Positions 10,211-20,505 of a DNA stretch of 64,000 nucleotides are shown one piece after another (the first letter of the stretch is position 1; every line of letters starts with the position of its first letter). This DNA is from a virus (Duplodnaviria > Caudoviricetes), in the IMG/VR virus record IMGVR_UViG_3300031555_004454, positions 3,916 to 67,915 of that record. One strand, written 5' to 3'. The position numbers and the translations under genes were made by a program. Under the pieces are notes generated by a model. The model was not told the DNA's origin, made no database searches, and saw only the letters and a program-made list of their open reading frames with translations.

Positions 10211-10778
10211 TTTCGTTCACCTTGCTTCCGCACTTTTGACAGAAACTTGCTGTAGGAGCAATCATAGTACCGCAACTCGGACAATAGCTTATCATATCTG
10301 TATCAAGAAGTGAGAATTCATCGCCTACCTGCACCCAATCAAATGACACCTTGCAAGTATGTCCATCATCAATAGATTTCTCTGTTTCCCATTGAATACT
10401 GTCAAGAACTGCAATAGGGATGACCATATTCTCGCTCAACTGTAGATACTTCGTTTTTCGATTATGAAGCCACTTAATAAATGTATTCATATATATTGTG
10501 TTATAAATTACCTTCTCACCTATAATATTCTCGTCAAAGTTATATTCTTCATAACAATCTGTTGATTGATTATCCGAAAAATTGCCTGTACAACTACCTT
10601 TATAGTAGCTTGCAATTCCGTTGTGAGTTACCCAAGGATATTGGCTGTTATATGGGTCTGTAGCTTCTGTAGGGACGTAGTGTGTGAGAGATTGAGAGAT
10701 TTCTACTTCCGTATAGAAATAATGTCCGTCATCTCCCCATATTTTTATACCCCACAGTTTTTCACGTTTTTCTGCCAA
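10203..10778 (-). CDS. Distal-tail-like protein with C-terminal zinc ribbon
   Basis: YCPSCG...FCQKCG zinc ribbon; position in tail module. Confidence 0.5.
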   Translation of the reverse strand: MAEKREKLWGIKIWGDDGHYFYTEVEISQSLTHYVPTEATDPYNSQYPWVTHNGIASYYKGSCTGNFSDNQSTDCYEEYNFDENIIGEKVIYNTIYMNTFIKWLHNRKTKYLQLSENMVIPIAVLDSIQWETEKSIDDGHTCKVSFDWVQVGDEFSLLDTDMISYCPSCGTMIAPTASFCQKCGSKVNENG

Positions 10779-10798
10779 ATGTTTTCACCTCCTGAGTT

Positions 10799-12502
10799 TT
10801 ATTCTGTTGATTCTTTGGGAATGAGCTCTGGATGATAAACTTCGCATTTTGTACTATACAAAAACGTTGAGTTCCAAGCCGTATCATCTTGATAATTATC
10901 ATATCCAGACCAATCTGTGCCCAAGTCTATTATAGTAGGACAAGTATCATAAAAAACTATTTCTTCGTCTATATCTTCGCTAAATGTCAACACATTATTA
11001 GTGATTTCTGTAGTTAACTTACTTTTTTGTATCATTTTAGAACTTTGGGGGAGTGGATTTATATTAGTTAAAAAATATGAAAACGGAACGCCTTGACTAT
11101 ACCATATCATTCGGTCACTTTTATATTTATATCTATTAGTAAAATTTTGTGCATACATTTTCTTATACTCATCGGTAATTTTAAGACATTCAGAATAACG
11201 CCTGTTTAGAGTATTTTCTTCTCTTGTAAGTGATATTTGATTATTGGGGATGGTTTCAGGTTTATAAAAAGCGTATGATGACTCAAGAACTCCTCCTGAT
11301 TGCAAAGTAATTGTTTTTAATTGCATAGATAAAGAATTAGCGTCATGATTTGAAATATACCATTGATTTGTCGATAATCTTATTCCAGCTTGACTCACCG
11401 ATGAGACATCATATTCTGTATAGCTCTCATAAGATTTTATTCCTACTGTATCGACATAATTCGTATTAGGATTGCCATTAAAAATGTTAGTTCCCCCGTA
11501 AAAATCGTCAATAGATGCGTAATTTGAACCATCTATTTGATTTCCTATTGAAAATGTAAAATTATAACTGGGATTATATTCACTCGTAGGCGATGTGTAA
11601 AAGCATAGAGATGAAGTGTCTTTAATATACCATTTCTCATATGTACTTTGCGGTTCAATAGCCGAATTTGAAACAATTTGTTTTCTGCCCCGTTCATTTA
11701 ATAACTGAATATCATCAGATTGATAACTACCTTTTACTATACCCAAATATTCATTTATGCAAAATTCTCCAATATAATATGTTGTATATATATCTTCTTT
11801 GATAATTTCACTAAAAGGAGTAGCGTCAATTGGTTGATGTGCACTATTATATTCAATTATAACATTTTCATCAATAGACATTGTTCTTTTACTTGTGTCT
11901 TTTAATCTTGCATCATACTCAAGTTTACCTGCTTCTTTAATTTCAGAAGTAATTCCAAGGTAAGTGTAACCAATAAACGGATTTATTTCAACTGTCCTAA
12001 ATCTATAACAATATGTATTGTAATCATACAAGTATGTTTGGTTATCACCGTTTAGTTCAACTGTAAAATTCCATTCGCTGATATTATTTGTCACCATACC
12101 ACTACCAGAACACAACATACGAATTTTATAATTTCCAGACGTTAGAAGCATTTTGTATGTTTCATTGTGGAAATATGAATTGTTGGGGTTATATCCTGCA
12201 CATCCGTGTTTACTCGCCACGGCAAAACAATTAGAAGCGAGAGACATTCTTACAACGTGTTGAGAATCATCATATACGGCAGTAGAATACACCAATTCCT
12301 CTTCATTCGAGACACCGATTCTATAGACAGCAAAAACAGGGGCTTTCTGCCACGATTGAAATATCTTCCAATGTGCATCAAATTTGACTAACACATATTC
12401 TCCATATAATTTTTCTTTTCCTTTTCCTTTCCAAGGTATATAAAATAAACTTGGCTCAGTATAAGCTAAAGCCCATCTTTTTAAAAGTTCTTTTCTATCC
12501 AA
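10799..12502 (-). CDS. Hypothetical tail-region protein, 567 aa
   Basis: Long ORF, TTG start with GGAGG RBS overlapping upstream stop. Confidence 0.6.
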   Translation of the reverse strand: MDRKELLKRWALAYTEPSLFYIPWKGKGKEKLYGEYVLVKFDAHWKIFQSWQKAPVFAVYRIGVSNEEELVYSTAVYDDSQHVVRMSLASNCFAVASKHGCAGYNPNNSYFHNETYKMLLTSGNYKIRMLCSGSGMVTNNISEWNFTVELNGDNQTYLYDYNTYCYRFRTVEINPFIGYTYLGITSEIKEAGKLEYDARLKDTSKRTMSIDENVIIEYNSAHQPIDATPFSEIIKEDIYTTYYIGEFCINEYLGIVKGSYQSDDIQLLNERGRKQIVSNSAIEPQSTYEKWYIKDTSSLCFYTSPTSEYNPSYNFTFSIGNQIDGSNYASIDDFYGGTNIFNGNPNTNYVDTVGIKSYESYTEYDVSSVSQAGIRLSTNQWYISNHDANSLSMQLKTITLQSGGVLESSYAFYKPETIPNNQISLTREENTLNRRYSECLKITDEYKKMYAQNFTNRYKYKSDRMIWYSQGVPFSYFLTNINPLPQSSKMIQKSKLTTEITNNVLTFSEDIDEEIVFYDTCPTIIDLGTDWSGYDNYQDDTAWNSTFLYSTKCEVYHPELIPKESTE

Positions 12503-13004
12503 TTACAAATCCCTCCAGCTTCATAATAGTGCCATCGGGAAAAATAATTTCAGTAACTTCTTCCGATGAAGTGTTTTTGTTGATTGCAGTAAGTTGATAT
12601 GTCTTCGTTAATTCCGTATTATCTGCTAAAGCCCAAGTCTCTGTTATAGTATCATCTGTCATATCATAAACAACTTTTGTCGGGTGATTGTATTCTCCAC
12701 TCTCAATAACCTCTGCATACTTATCCTTCATTTTATGATTAGGCACAAATAACCTTACCCTCTGTCCCACAGATGTTATATTGCAAGAAGATGGTTTAAT
12801 GTCATACGCAACCCCATTAGTCTGAATACGCCATCTGTAATCATTATCGTTCTTTGGATTCTCAGGAACTATCTTAGCAGAAACAAAACCTATAAGCGTT
12901 TTATCATAATCGGCTTTTTTGATACGGGAATCAGATAATCCATTCGTTTTCAAGGCAGTCTTACTTGTAAAGTTATCAATTTTCTTTTTTATATCATCGT
13001 TCAT
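12495..13004 (-). CDS. Hypothetical tail-region protein, 169 aa
   Basis: ORF with AGGAG RBS. Confidence 0.6.
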   Translation of the reverse strand: MNDDIKKKIDNFTSKTALKTNGLSDSRIKKADYDKTLIGFVSAKIVPENPKNDNDYRWRIQTNGVAYDIKPSSCNITSVGQRVRLFVPNHKMKDKYAEVIESGEYNHPTKVVYDMTDDTITETWALADNTELTKTYQLTAINKNTSSEEVTEIIFPDGTIMKLEGFVIG

Positions 13005-13101
13005 TAAATCATCTCCTTGCTATATAAAATTTATAATATGTTGGTATTTTTGTAATAACTGATTTTACTTATTTATGATATAATCATTAGAGAAATAAAT
13101 T

Positions 13102-13359
13102 TTAAGTATGTATATTTTCATCAGGGTAATCTTTATATTCTACGCCATATACCCAAGGGTTGATATAGATGCGATTTCTATTATTTTTATCTTGTTCAAT
13201 AATTTTATCGCAGTCAAGGTCAATATAAAAACGTTTTACACCTTCCAACCTTTTACCATTGATGGATATAAAGAATGGCGTATGCTCACTTTCAGTTACG
13301 TTTGTATTTCGTTCAATTTCAATTTTAAACGGTTTGTAAGTATAATCTTTATTAAACAT
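13102..13359 (-). CDS. Hypothetical protein, 85 aa
   Basis: AAAGGA RBS back-to-back with the DUF2513 gene RBS. Confidence 0.55.
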   Translation of the reverse strand: MFNKDYTYKPFKIEIERNTNVTESEHTPFFISINGKRLEGVKRFYIDLDCDKIIEQDKNNRNRIYINPWVYGVEYKDYPDENIHT

Positions 13360-13388
13360 TGTGAAATTCCTTTCTTTTGGAGGTCAGT

Positions 13389-13832
13389 ATGCGATTAGTT
13401 CCCGATGCTGTCAGAGACATTCTTCTTTATGTTGAGCAGAATCAAAAATCTGAATTTACGGTTAGCAATGCATTTGAGAAACGAGCTATTAGTGCAAACT
13501 CAATTGTCAACAGTCTAACTCCATCAAGATTTTATTCCAAAGAGGAAGTTATGACAGCTATTTTAGCTATGTGTGATGCTCAAATACTTGAATGTAATTT
13601 GAGAACAGGTCAGAACAATAGAAATATAGGCTGCGACATAATAGGAATTAGCTGGAATGGTTATCAATTTCTTGAAACTGTCAGACCAGAAACCGTATGG
13701 AATAAAACAAAATCAGTTATTACAAATATTGGCAATCATTCCTTAAATTTTATCGAAACTGTCGCCCACGATGTTTCTGTTGAAATAGGCAAAGAGGCTG
13801 TGAAAGCTATTATGACAGAAAACATTTCTTGA
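13389..13832 (+). CDS. DUF2513-family protein (copy 1)
   Basis: MRLVPDAVRDILLYVE...ISWNGYQFLETVRPETVWNKTKS pattern; start reassigned to ATG 13389 after GGAGG. Confidence 0.75.
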   Translation: MRLVPDAVRDILLYVEQNQKSEFTVSNAFEKRAISANSIVNSLTPSRFYSKEEVMTAILAMCDAQILECNLRTGQNNRNIGCDIIGISWNGYQFLETVRPETVWNKTKSVITNIGNHSLNFIETVAHDVSVEIGKEAVKAIMTENIS

Positions 13833-13923
13833 TACGATAAGCTTAAATACGACTATTGTTTATCAAGTTATTTCATAATATATAAACCACTTACTGAAAT
13901 AGGAAAATAAACAAAAGATAATC

Positions 13924-13957
13924 AAAGCAAGTAGAAGAAAACTCCTCTACTTGCTTT
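13924..13957. terminator. Bidirectional intrinsic terminator between DUF2513 and tape-measure 3' end
   Basis: aaagcaagtaga-loop-tctacttgcttt perfect inverted repeat with A/T flanks between convergent genes. Confidence 0.75.
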
Positions 13958-13964
13958 TTCTTTA

Positions 13965-16900
13965 TCACTTGCTCATCTGTCGAGTAAATGCTGTCTCCAT
14001 TGATTGTGTCATATAATCCGTATATTCAATAAGTGTCTTGCTGATTTCTGTTTTCATAGCCTGTACAGTTTTTTCATCAGCACTGCCATCAACGTTAACA
14101 GTTAAGTTAATAGTAGAAGAATTGTTAGTAGTCTGTTTAGGAACATCTGCTGATGAAGCATTGGGCATTCCCATAGAACTATTCTTATTGGATGTAACAG
14201 TTTTACCGCTCTGTATTATCGACAAGAACTTTGCCAGATTCTGATCGGAAATCTTAGCAATGTCTGCAATGGAAGCAGGGATTATGCCGTTTTTCTGAGC
14301 ATTTTTAAGCTTATTATATTGCTCAACCGTCATAATCTCATTAACATCCTTGCCATTGGGTGCCCATTCGGATATCTTATGTTTTTCAGCCCATTCGGAA
14401 TGAGCGAGAGTCTTTATAGGCTTACCATCATTCAGTATTTGTTTTCCGTCTGTGCCGAGCAGATAACCTTGTGCATCCAGATTCTTTCCAAGTTCTGAAG
14501 CTATAGCAGTTGTGCTTGTAGTTTTTTCTGCTGTTTTATTTGCTTTTTCGATTGCTTCGGTATTTTCGGCAAGAGCTTTAGTATTGCTGGAAACATCTGT
14601 CAGTTTAAGTGCTTCTGTGCTTTCAGCTGCAGTTCTGTTTCTCTGCGAAGCTTCATTTGTAATAGCATTTATTGTTTCGGCACTCATTTCAATTTCGGGT
14701 GATGTGATACCTGCTGATGCTGCCGCCTGTTGACTAAACCCTATTTTTCTGTTCAATGCTTCAAGGGCTTCTGTTCCATCAGCGCTTTGAAGCAGACTTG
14801 AAATAAACGCTTCATCGAGATTATACCTCTCTGCTGTTAAAGCGGTTAGAACTCTGACAAGATTATCTATTGGCTTTTGAATTTCTTTGATTGCATTTTC
14901 ACGAGCTGTTATCTCAGCTTCAATAGCTTTATCACGGGCATTCTTTTCTTCTTCGAGTTTTTCAATTGCTTCGTCTATCTTGCTTGCAGGGTCATTGCCT
15001 GCTGCTTCATCGTATTCTTTTTTAGCTTCATCGTAAGCTTCTTCATCACGACGAAGTTCCCAGTTTCCGCTTCCTGTGTAAACAAGACGATTATTCATAC
15101 TTGCCTTCTGCAGATTCAGATATTTTTCACGGAGCGTATTTGCTTTCTCCTGCTCTTCATTCTGCTTTTCGATAGCCGTTTTCTCTTTTTCGAGGGCTTC
15201 AAGGCGAGCATCCATCATTTCATCATAAGAATCCTTAACGTCATTAAGAGCGTCTATTTCGTCCTGATAAGGCTCAGTTTTGTATTCTGAATAGCTTTCC
15301 AGAGCGTCTATCTGCTTTTGTATCTCAGACTTCTGTGCTTCAAGAATATCTCTCTGTGTCTGATAATCCTCTTCGGCAAACTCTGTTTTATCTTTGTAAT
15401 ACTTTTCCCAGAGCTTTTTATAGTCTTCAATATAGCTACCGCTCAGAATCAGACCCGATTCAAGCTGTTTGTCAAGCTCAGCCTTTTCGTATTCAAATGC
15501 TGAAATTGTATATTCCTTCTCTTGTTCCTTGGCATTTCTGTATGCTTCAGTCAGTACATCGGAATTGCTTAATAATGTTTCTGATAGATAGGGGGCGATT
15601 TCAGCAATATCTGCAGCGTCCCATATGCCTGTTTCTATGCCCTTTTTCAATACAGCAGCGACGGCATCGGGCACTTCCTGTCCTTCAAATACCTTTGAAA
15701 TGTCGCTGACAATATCAGGGTCTGCTATTTTACCAAAATCAACAGCAGACTGCATTCTTGACATTATATCCTCGTAAGCTTCGCCCGAAAGCTTTTCTAT
15801 CTCACGAAGATTCTCTTTGTATTGTTGCTGTCCGTCCTCGGTATTTCCGAGTGCTGTTCCGGGTGCGTAGTACAGTTCGTTGAGTTCAGCATAAGTTTCC
15901 TTATATTCAAGCACACTTATCTGCAGGTCTTCACGAGCATTGTCGATTATTTGTTTTTGTTTATCGAAGCCTTCCTGAGCTCCGTCAATGCTGTTTTGGT
16001 GCAGCTGCTCTTCAATGTTCCATATTGTAGAGAGTGCATCGGCATCTCCACTGCCTGCAAGAGCTTGTATGTCGTCTATGTACTTATTCGCAATGTTTTC
16101 ATATTCACTGCGCCATCCTGCTTCAGACATACCTAACGCCTTTTTATGGTCAAGTTCGGCAATATCATTCTCAAATTTCGTAATAGCGGGTGCTTTTTCT
16201 AAAATCTTGAAATACTGCTCTAAGATTTCGTTGTAATCGCTTAAATCCTTTTCAGAATCGGCGATTGTACCGTTCAGCAGTTCAAGTTTCATACGCATTT
16301 CAGTTAACAGTGCAACATCGTGAGGACTGTTGGGACTTGTTTTTGCAATTTTTTCCTGAAGTTCAGTTCTCTCGGCATATTGGTCATTTATCGCATTTTG
16401 AAGTTCATAATATCCCGAATCGACTTTGACTTGTTCTATAAGTGCATCATCGCTCATAGGTTTGAACTCAGCCTGACCATTGTTTATATCTAAATATTTT
16501 CTCCAATCAGGAACTTCATTCATAAATTCAAGAGCATCGGCAGGGGAGATTGACCCTGTTTTTGCAGCATTGGCTTTAAGTTGTGTGTACTTGTCCGAAA
16601 TACTCTGCATCTTGTCAGACACCGTGCCAAGCTTCTCTGCCCAATCTATTACAGGATTAACCATTTGCTCGTAAAGAAGCTTCTGCTGTTCAAGCTGAAG
16701 ATTATATTCTTTCTGATCTTCCTGTCTTTCAGCAAGGCGATTCTGTGCTCGTTTCAGTTCTCGCTTCTCATCTTCTGTTTCGGGCTTATCGTTTCTATAC
16801 TTCTCGATGATAGCCTGATATTCGGTTATTTCTCCTTCAATGTCTTTCAGGTCGCTCTGAGTCTTCTTTATATCAGCTTCGATGCTTTGCTTTTCGGTTT

Positions 16901-19352
16901 CTATAAACTCACGTCTTCCCTCGGATAATGCTTTCGCATTTATCAGATACCCGTCCGAAGTTCTTTCTACGCTTGATACAAGCTCAGGATAAAGCTTGAT
17001 AAGCTCATTTACCTCGTCGGCGGAAAGAACAGTTCCTGTAGCCGCCTTTTCCTGAGCACTTGTAAATTTGTCAAGCCCATCAGTAACCGACTCTACAGAC
17101 TCCAGCATCGACTCGTAGTTTACAGCCGCATATTTCGCTGCATCTGCTTCTCTTGAATATAATGTTCCAAGGTCAGCAAGAATCTCAGCGGCGTCCTCTA
17201 TTGAAACTCCGTATAAGTCAGCCTGTTCTTTTACAAGTTTAAAAGCTTCGATTTGTCTGTCAGTTCCGTTGCCAAATTCAAGATTTCTGAAATCAAGAAC
17301 ATCAAAATTGCTTAAATCTTTCTTATAGGACTCTAAAATATATTCATTGTCCCTTATATTAAACTTGAATTTCTGTTTACTTAAATCATCTTCAATTTCC
17401 TTGACAACCTCATCGAACTGCCCTCTGATATATTCATCGTCAATATTAAGATTTGCAATTTGTCCCTTCAAATTTTCGATTCTTTTGCTTGCGGTGTCTT
17501 GCAGGTCAGTATCTCCTTGTTTAATTGCCTCGTCATAATCGGCTGCAGCGGCTTCTAATGCCTTATAAAGAGGTCTCATTTCTTCATCACTAAGAATAGA
17601 TGTCCTTGCGTAGTTTTCGATATTGGTTTTCTTAGCACGATATTCTTCAGTATCGATTTTATTTATCTGCTCGCTAATAATATCTCTGTACGCATACAGG
17701 TCGCTATCTGTAGGTATGTTATCTTCAATATAAGACATTAGCTCGTTCAGAATATCTAAGGCTTCTTCGTCTGTTTTACCGTTTAAAGAAAACTTATCCT
17801 TTACTGGACCGTATGCTATTAAACTTAAGTTATCTACGCTTTTTGAGAACCCAAGTTCGGTAAATTTATCTTCAAGCTTTTTTAAATTTTCTTGATATTC
17901 AGAGTATTTTTGAACGTTTACGTCCCAATCTGTAAACGGGTCAAAAGAAAAGTCTATTTCTTTTATATTGTGGTTGTTGACTTTTTCAATGTCAGCTATG
18001 TCTTTTTGATAGCTCTTATAAGACATCTTATGAAGTGCATCTTCAGCTTCTTTTCTTTCAATTTCATCAAGTTTCTTCAGTTCTTCGTCAAGTTTACCAT
18101 TTACTAAATCAATACCTTTTGCTTGTTCGCCATAAGTATCAATCAGTTCTCTTTGAATTTCAAGCAAATCAGCCCTTGCGTCATACAGCTCTCCGTTTGT
18201 GGAGTTCTCATTCTCCATAACCTTCTGAAGTTCTTTTATTTTATCAGTCTGGTCTTGAATAGAATCGGAAGTTTCTTCAAATGATTCTACCAGTTCAAGA
18301 TTGGACTCTCTTAAATCCTTATACTTTGTTATCAGTTTACTAAAATATGTAACCGCAGCTGAAATAGCGAAGGATAAGCCAAAAGACAACGCCGAATTCA
18401 AAGCAGTCATTGCCGCTGTAGTTGCAAAAGCCTTTAGTTTTGTAGCAACGAGCGACTGTCCAAAACCTGTTAACGTTCTTTGTCCCTCTTGGCTACTGTT
18501 TGCGAAATCAGCAACATCTCTGTTGGCTGCAACTACTTGGTTATTATAAGATGTGCGTGCATTAGTAACTTGGTTGAGAGCTTCACGTTCATTTTCAAGC
18601 TCACTTATCTCGTTTTCAATAGCTTCAGGATCAAGCATAGCGCTAACGCCTTCGCCTATTGCTTCATCTACAGCATCAGGCAGTACTCCGCTACCGTCTT
18701 CATCTGTTAATTCAGATTGTTCCAGATTATTGGAAGCAGTCATTATTTCTGCCATAGTATCTGCTATTTGAGTAATAGTCTCGTTCTGAGATTCGAGCAC
18801 TTCATTATCAAAAACACCTTCATTGCTGTTCTCGCCCTTGATTGCTTGAAGTTGAGTCTTAAGTTCTTTGAGTCTTTCATCTCCACCTTTGGATTCATAA
18901 CTTTCCGATCTTTCTTTTATCTTACTATCAAGCTCATCGTACTTTTTCAATATCTCATTGATACCTGAAGGAGTATGGGCTTTTTCAGTCAGCATATCCA
19001 TTGAGAAGTTTTTATAATCTTTTTCGTCTGCATTTTTTTCTGCACTAATACAAGCAGCGATGTACTCTTCGATGGAGTCTTTTGCCTGTTCTGCTCCATC
19101 AGCTATACTCTTGAATCTCTTGTATTCATCAGAATTTTTATCGCTAAGTATCTTATTGAATTCATCTGCCTTGTCTTTTGATATTTCAGGTATGATTTCA
19201 AATTTTACTTCGGGAGTGAAAGATTTATCAATGAAACTTGTAAGAGATTCCTTTAATCTTTTTTTGTTTTTTATATTTTTAGCAAAATCAGGAAGGTTAG
19301 ACAATATCTTAATAATACTTTCGCCATTTGATATGTAGTTTGTAAGTAAATT
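13965..19352 (-). CDS. Tape-measure protein, exon 4 (C-terminal ~1,795 aa)
   Basis: Coiled-coil/amphipathic tape-measure composition; the ORF-track ATG at 19373 has no RBS and an in-frame TAA two codons upstream; predicted exon starts AAT at 19352 after terminal G of intron 3. Confidence 0.75.
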   Translation of the reverse strand, partial: NLLTNYISNGESIIKILSNLPDFAKNIKNKKRLKESLTSFIDKSFTPEVKFEIIPEISKDKADEFNKILSDKNSDEYKRFKSIADGAEQAKDSIEEYIAACISAEKNADEKDYKNFSMDMLTEKAHTPSGINEILKKYDELDSKIKERSESYESKGGDERLKELKTQLQAIKGENSNEGVFDNEVLESQNETITQIADTMAEIMTASNNLEQSELTDEDGSGVLPDAVDEAIGEGVSAMLDPEAIENEISELENEREALNQVTNARTSYNNQVVAANRDVADFANSSQEGQRTLTGFGQSLVATKLKAFATTAAMTALNSALSFGLSFAISAAVTYFSKLITKYKDLRESNLELVESFEETSDSIQDQTDKIKELQKVMENENSTNGELYDARADLLEIQRELIDTYGEQAKGIDLVNGKLDEELKKLDEIERKEAEDALHKMSYKSYQKDIADIEKVNNHNIKEIDFSFDPFTDWDVNVQKYSEYQENLKKLEDKFTELGFSKSVDNLSLIAYGPVKDKFSLNGKTDEEALDILNELMSYIEDNIPTDSDLYAYRDIISEQINKIDTEEYRAKKTNIENYARTSILSDEEMRPLYKALEAAAADYDEAIKQGDTDLQDTASKRIENLKGQIANLNIDDEYIRGQFDEVVKEIEDDLSKQKFKFNIRDNEYILESYKKDLSNFDVLDFRNLEFGNGTDRQIEAFKLVKEQADLYGVSIEDAAEILADLGTLYSREADAAKYAAVNYESMLESVESVTDGLDKFTSAQEKAATGTVLSADEVNELIKLYPELVSSVERTSDGYLINAKALSEGRREFIETEKQSIEADIKKTQSDLKDIEGEITEYQAIIEKYRNDKPETEDEKRELKRAQNRLAERQEDQKEYNLQLEQQKLLYEQMVNPVIDWAEKLGTVSDKMQSISDKYTQLKANAAKTGSISPADALEFMNEVPDWRKYLDINNGQAEFKPMSDDALIEQVKVDSGYYELQNAINDQYAERTELQEKIAKTSPNSPHDVALLTEMRMKLELLNGTIADSEKDLSDYNEILEQYFKILEKAPAITKFENDIAELDHKKALGMSEAGWRSEYENIANKYIDDIQALAGSGDADALSTIWNIEEQLHQNSIDGAQEGFDKQKQIIDNAREDLQISVLEYKETYAELNELYYAPGTALGNTEDGQQQYKENLREIEKLSGEAYEDIMSRMQSAVDFGKIADPDIVSDISKVFEGQEVPDAVAAVLKKGIETGIWDAADIAEIAPYLSETLLSNSDVLTEAYRNAKEQEKEYTISAFEYEKAELDKQLESGLILSGSYIEDYKKLWEKYYKDKTEFAEEDYQTQRDILEAQKSEIQKQIDALESYSEYKTEPYQDEIDALNDVKDSYDEMMDARLEALEKEKTAIEKQNEEQEKANTLREKYLNLQKASMNNRLVYTGSGNWELRRDEEAYDEAKKEYDEAAGNDPASKIDEAIEKLEEEKNARDKAIEAEITARENAIKEIQKPIDNLVRVLTALTAERYNLDEAFISSLLQSADGTEALEALNRKIGFSQQAAASAGITSPEIEMSAETINAITNEASQRNRTAAESTEALKLTDVSSNTKALAENTEAIEKANKTAEKTTSTTAIASELGKNLDAQGYLLGTDGKQILNDGKPIKTLAHSEWAEKHKISEWAPNGKDVNEIMTVEQYNKLKNAQKNGIIPASIADIAKISDQNLAKFLSIIQSGKTVTSNKNSSMGMPNASSADVPKQTTNNSSTINLTVNVDGSADEKTVQAMKTEISKTLIEYTDYMTQSMETAFTRQMSK

Positions 19353-19403
19353 CAATCTGTTATCAATTTGCATATATTATGAGGAAATATAAGCAAAAAC
19401 GAC

Positions 19404-19432
19404 TTGACATATATAAAATATTGTTGTAAAAT
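19404..19432 (+). promoter_or_regulatory. SigmaA-type promoter of the intron-borne cassette
   Basis: TTGACA-17 nt-TAAAAT upstream of the plus-strand genes. Confidence 0.75.
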
Positions 19433-19451
19433 ATAACTAAAACAAAAGGCG

Positions 19452-19682
19452 GTGGTTGTATTGTCGCAGAATAATGAAAATAGAACTGAAGAAGCAGAAG
19501 TAAAGGCAGACGTCGATGAAAAAAAGATGTTAGAAAAAAAATATTGTCTGATTATGCGTATTGTTGGAATTGTAATAATAATTACAAGCATTGTGTTTAT
19601 GATATTGAACGGAATCAAAGGGTTGAATAGTACGTCTTTGCTACTTGGTGTATTTATAACCTCAGCATTTGGAATGAGATAA
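19452..19682 (+). CDS. Small two-TM membrane protein
   Basis: Acidic N-terminus followed by two hydrophobic segments; directly after promoter; exact start uncertain. Confidence 0.6.
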   Translation: MVVLSQNNENRTEEAEVKADVDEKKMLEKKYCLIMRIVGIVIIITSIVFMILNGIKGLNSTSLLLGVFITSAFGMR

Positions 19683-19721
19683 TTTCAATAAATTATATTA
19701 GGGAGATGTTACGGTACAATT

Positions 19722-20396
19722 ATGGGAGGATATGTATATAAGTATTTCGCTAAAGAATTTGCTATTCGAGCCAATGAGAATTATAACAACATATATCATC
19801 AATATGAAATAAATAAAGAGCATAGTGGGGTTTTTGAAGTAAACGCACTCATTACAGCTCTGTATGGTATAGTTGTATTACCAACAGAAGCCTATAAGGT
19901 TAAGTTCCAATGTTCTGATAAAATCGACGAGGCTTTTGTCAGAAAAATAAAGGAAAGCGAAAAGACATCTTATGAAGAATTCGAGAAGATTATTTCCGGT
20001 CTGTATTCCAGCAAAGAAAATCGAATCCGCAGTACATATGAAGATGATGGTCAGATAGTTACGCCTTTTAGATTCATCTATCATTTGCGCAACGCACTCA
20101 GCCACTCGGGAAGCAATGGTATGAATTTTATTCCTATTACAATCAATGGCTCTAAACCAGAATCGGACAAAGAGGATATTACAGATATATATTTTCACGA
20201 TGAGAGCAAATATGGTGGTAGATATCAAGAGTTCTGTGCTAAAATATCAATTGAAAATTTAATAGCAATTAAGGATTGTATCTTAGATATTGTTCTCTGT
20301 GATGAATTTTATGAAGATGAAAGTCGAAGAAGCTATAATCCTATAGATAATTATAACAAATTCCTAAAAGGAAATAAAAGAAAAGCGAGACCATAA
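19722..20396 (+). CDS. HEPN-domain putative RNase (pEK499_p136-like)
   Basis: FEVNALITALYGIVVLPTE N-terminal helix and R-x4-H motif (LRNALSHSG). Confidence 0.7.
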   Translation: MGGYVYKYFAKEFAIRANENYNNIYHQYEINKEHSGVFEVNALITALYGIVVLPTEAYKVKFQCSDKIDEAFVRKIKESEKTSYEEFEKIISGLYSSKENRIRSTYEDDGQIVTPFRFIYHLRNALSHSGSNGMNFIPITINGSKPESDKEDITDIYFHDESKYGGRYQEFCAKISIENLIAIKDCILDIVLCDEFYEDESRRSYNPIDNYNKFLKGNKRKARP

Positions 20397-20505
20397 ACCT
20401 CTTGATTTTACTTGCATATAAGAAAATAACAAAACTATCAAAAAGGCATGTGGCGCTATTTTCAAATTTGATTTTGTATAATGAATCAATCTAAGGAGAA
20501 TTGTT

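Noticed and set aside
6052-12502. Diversity-generating retroelement targeting LRR or tail genes
   Set aside because: No reverse transcriptase or template/variable repeat pair seen in the window
19353-19373. ATG at 19373 as independent start of an 1,802-aa protein
   Set aside because: No Shine-Dalgarno, and these first 21 nt supply the P9.2/P9.0 strands and terminal G of intron 3; independent initiation is not excluded but less likely
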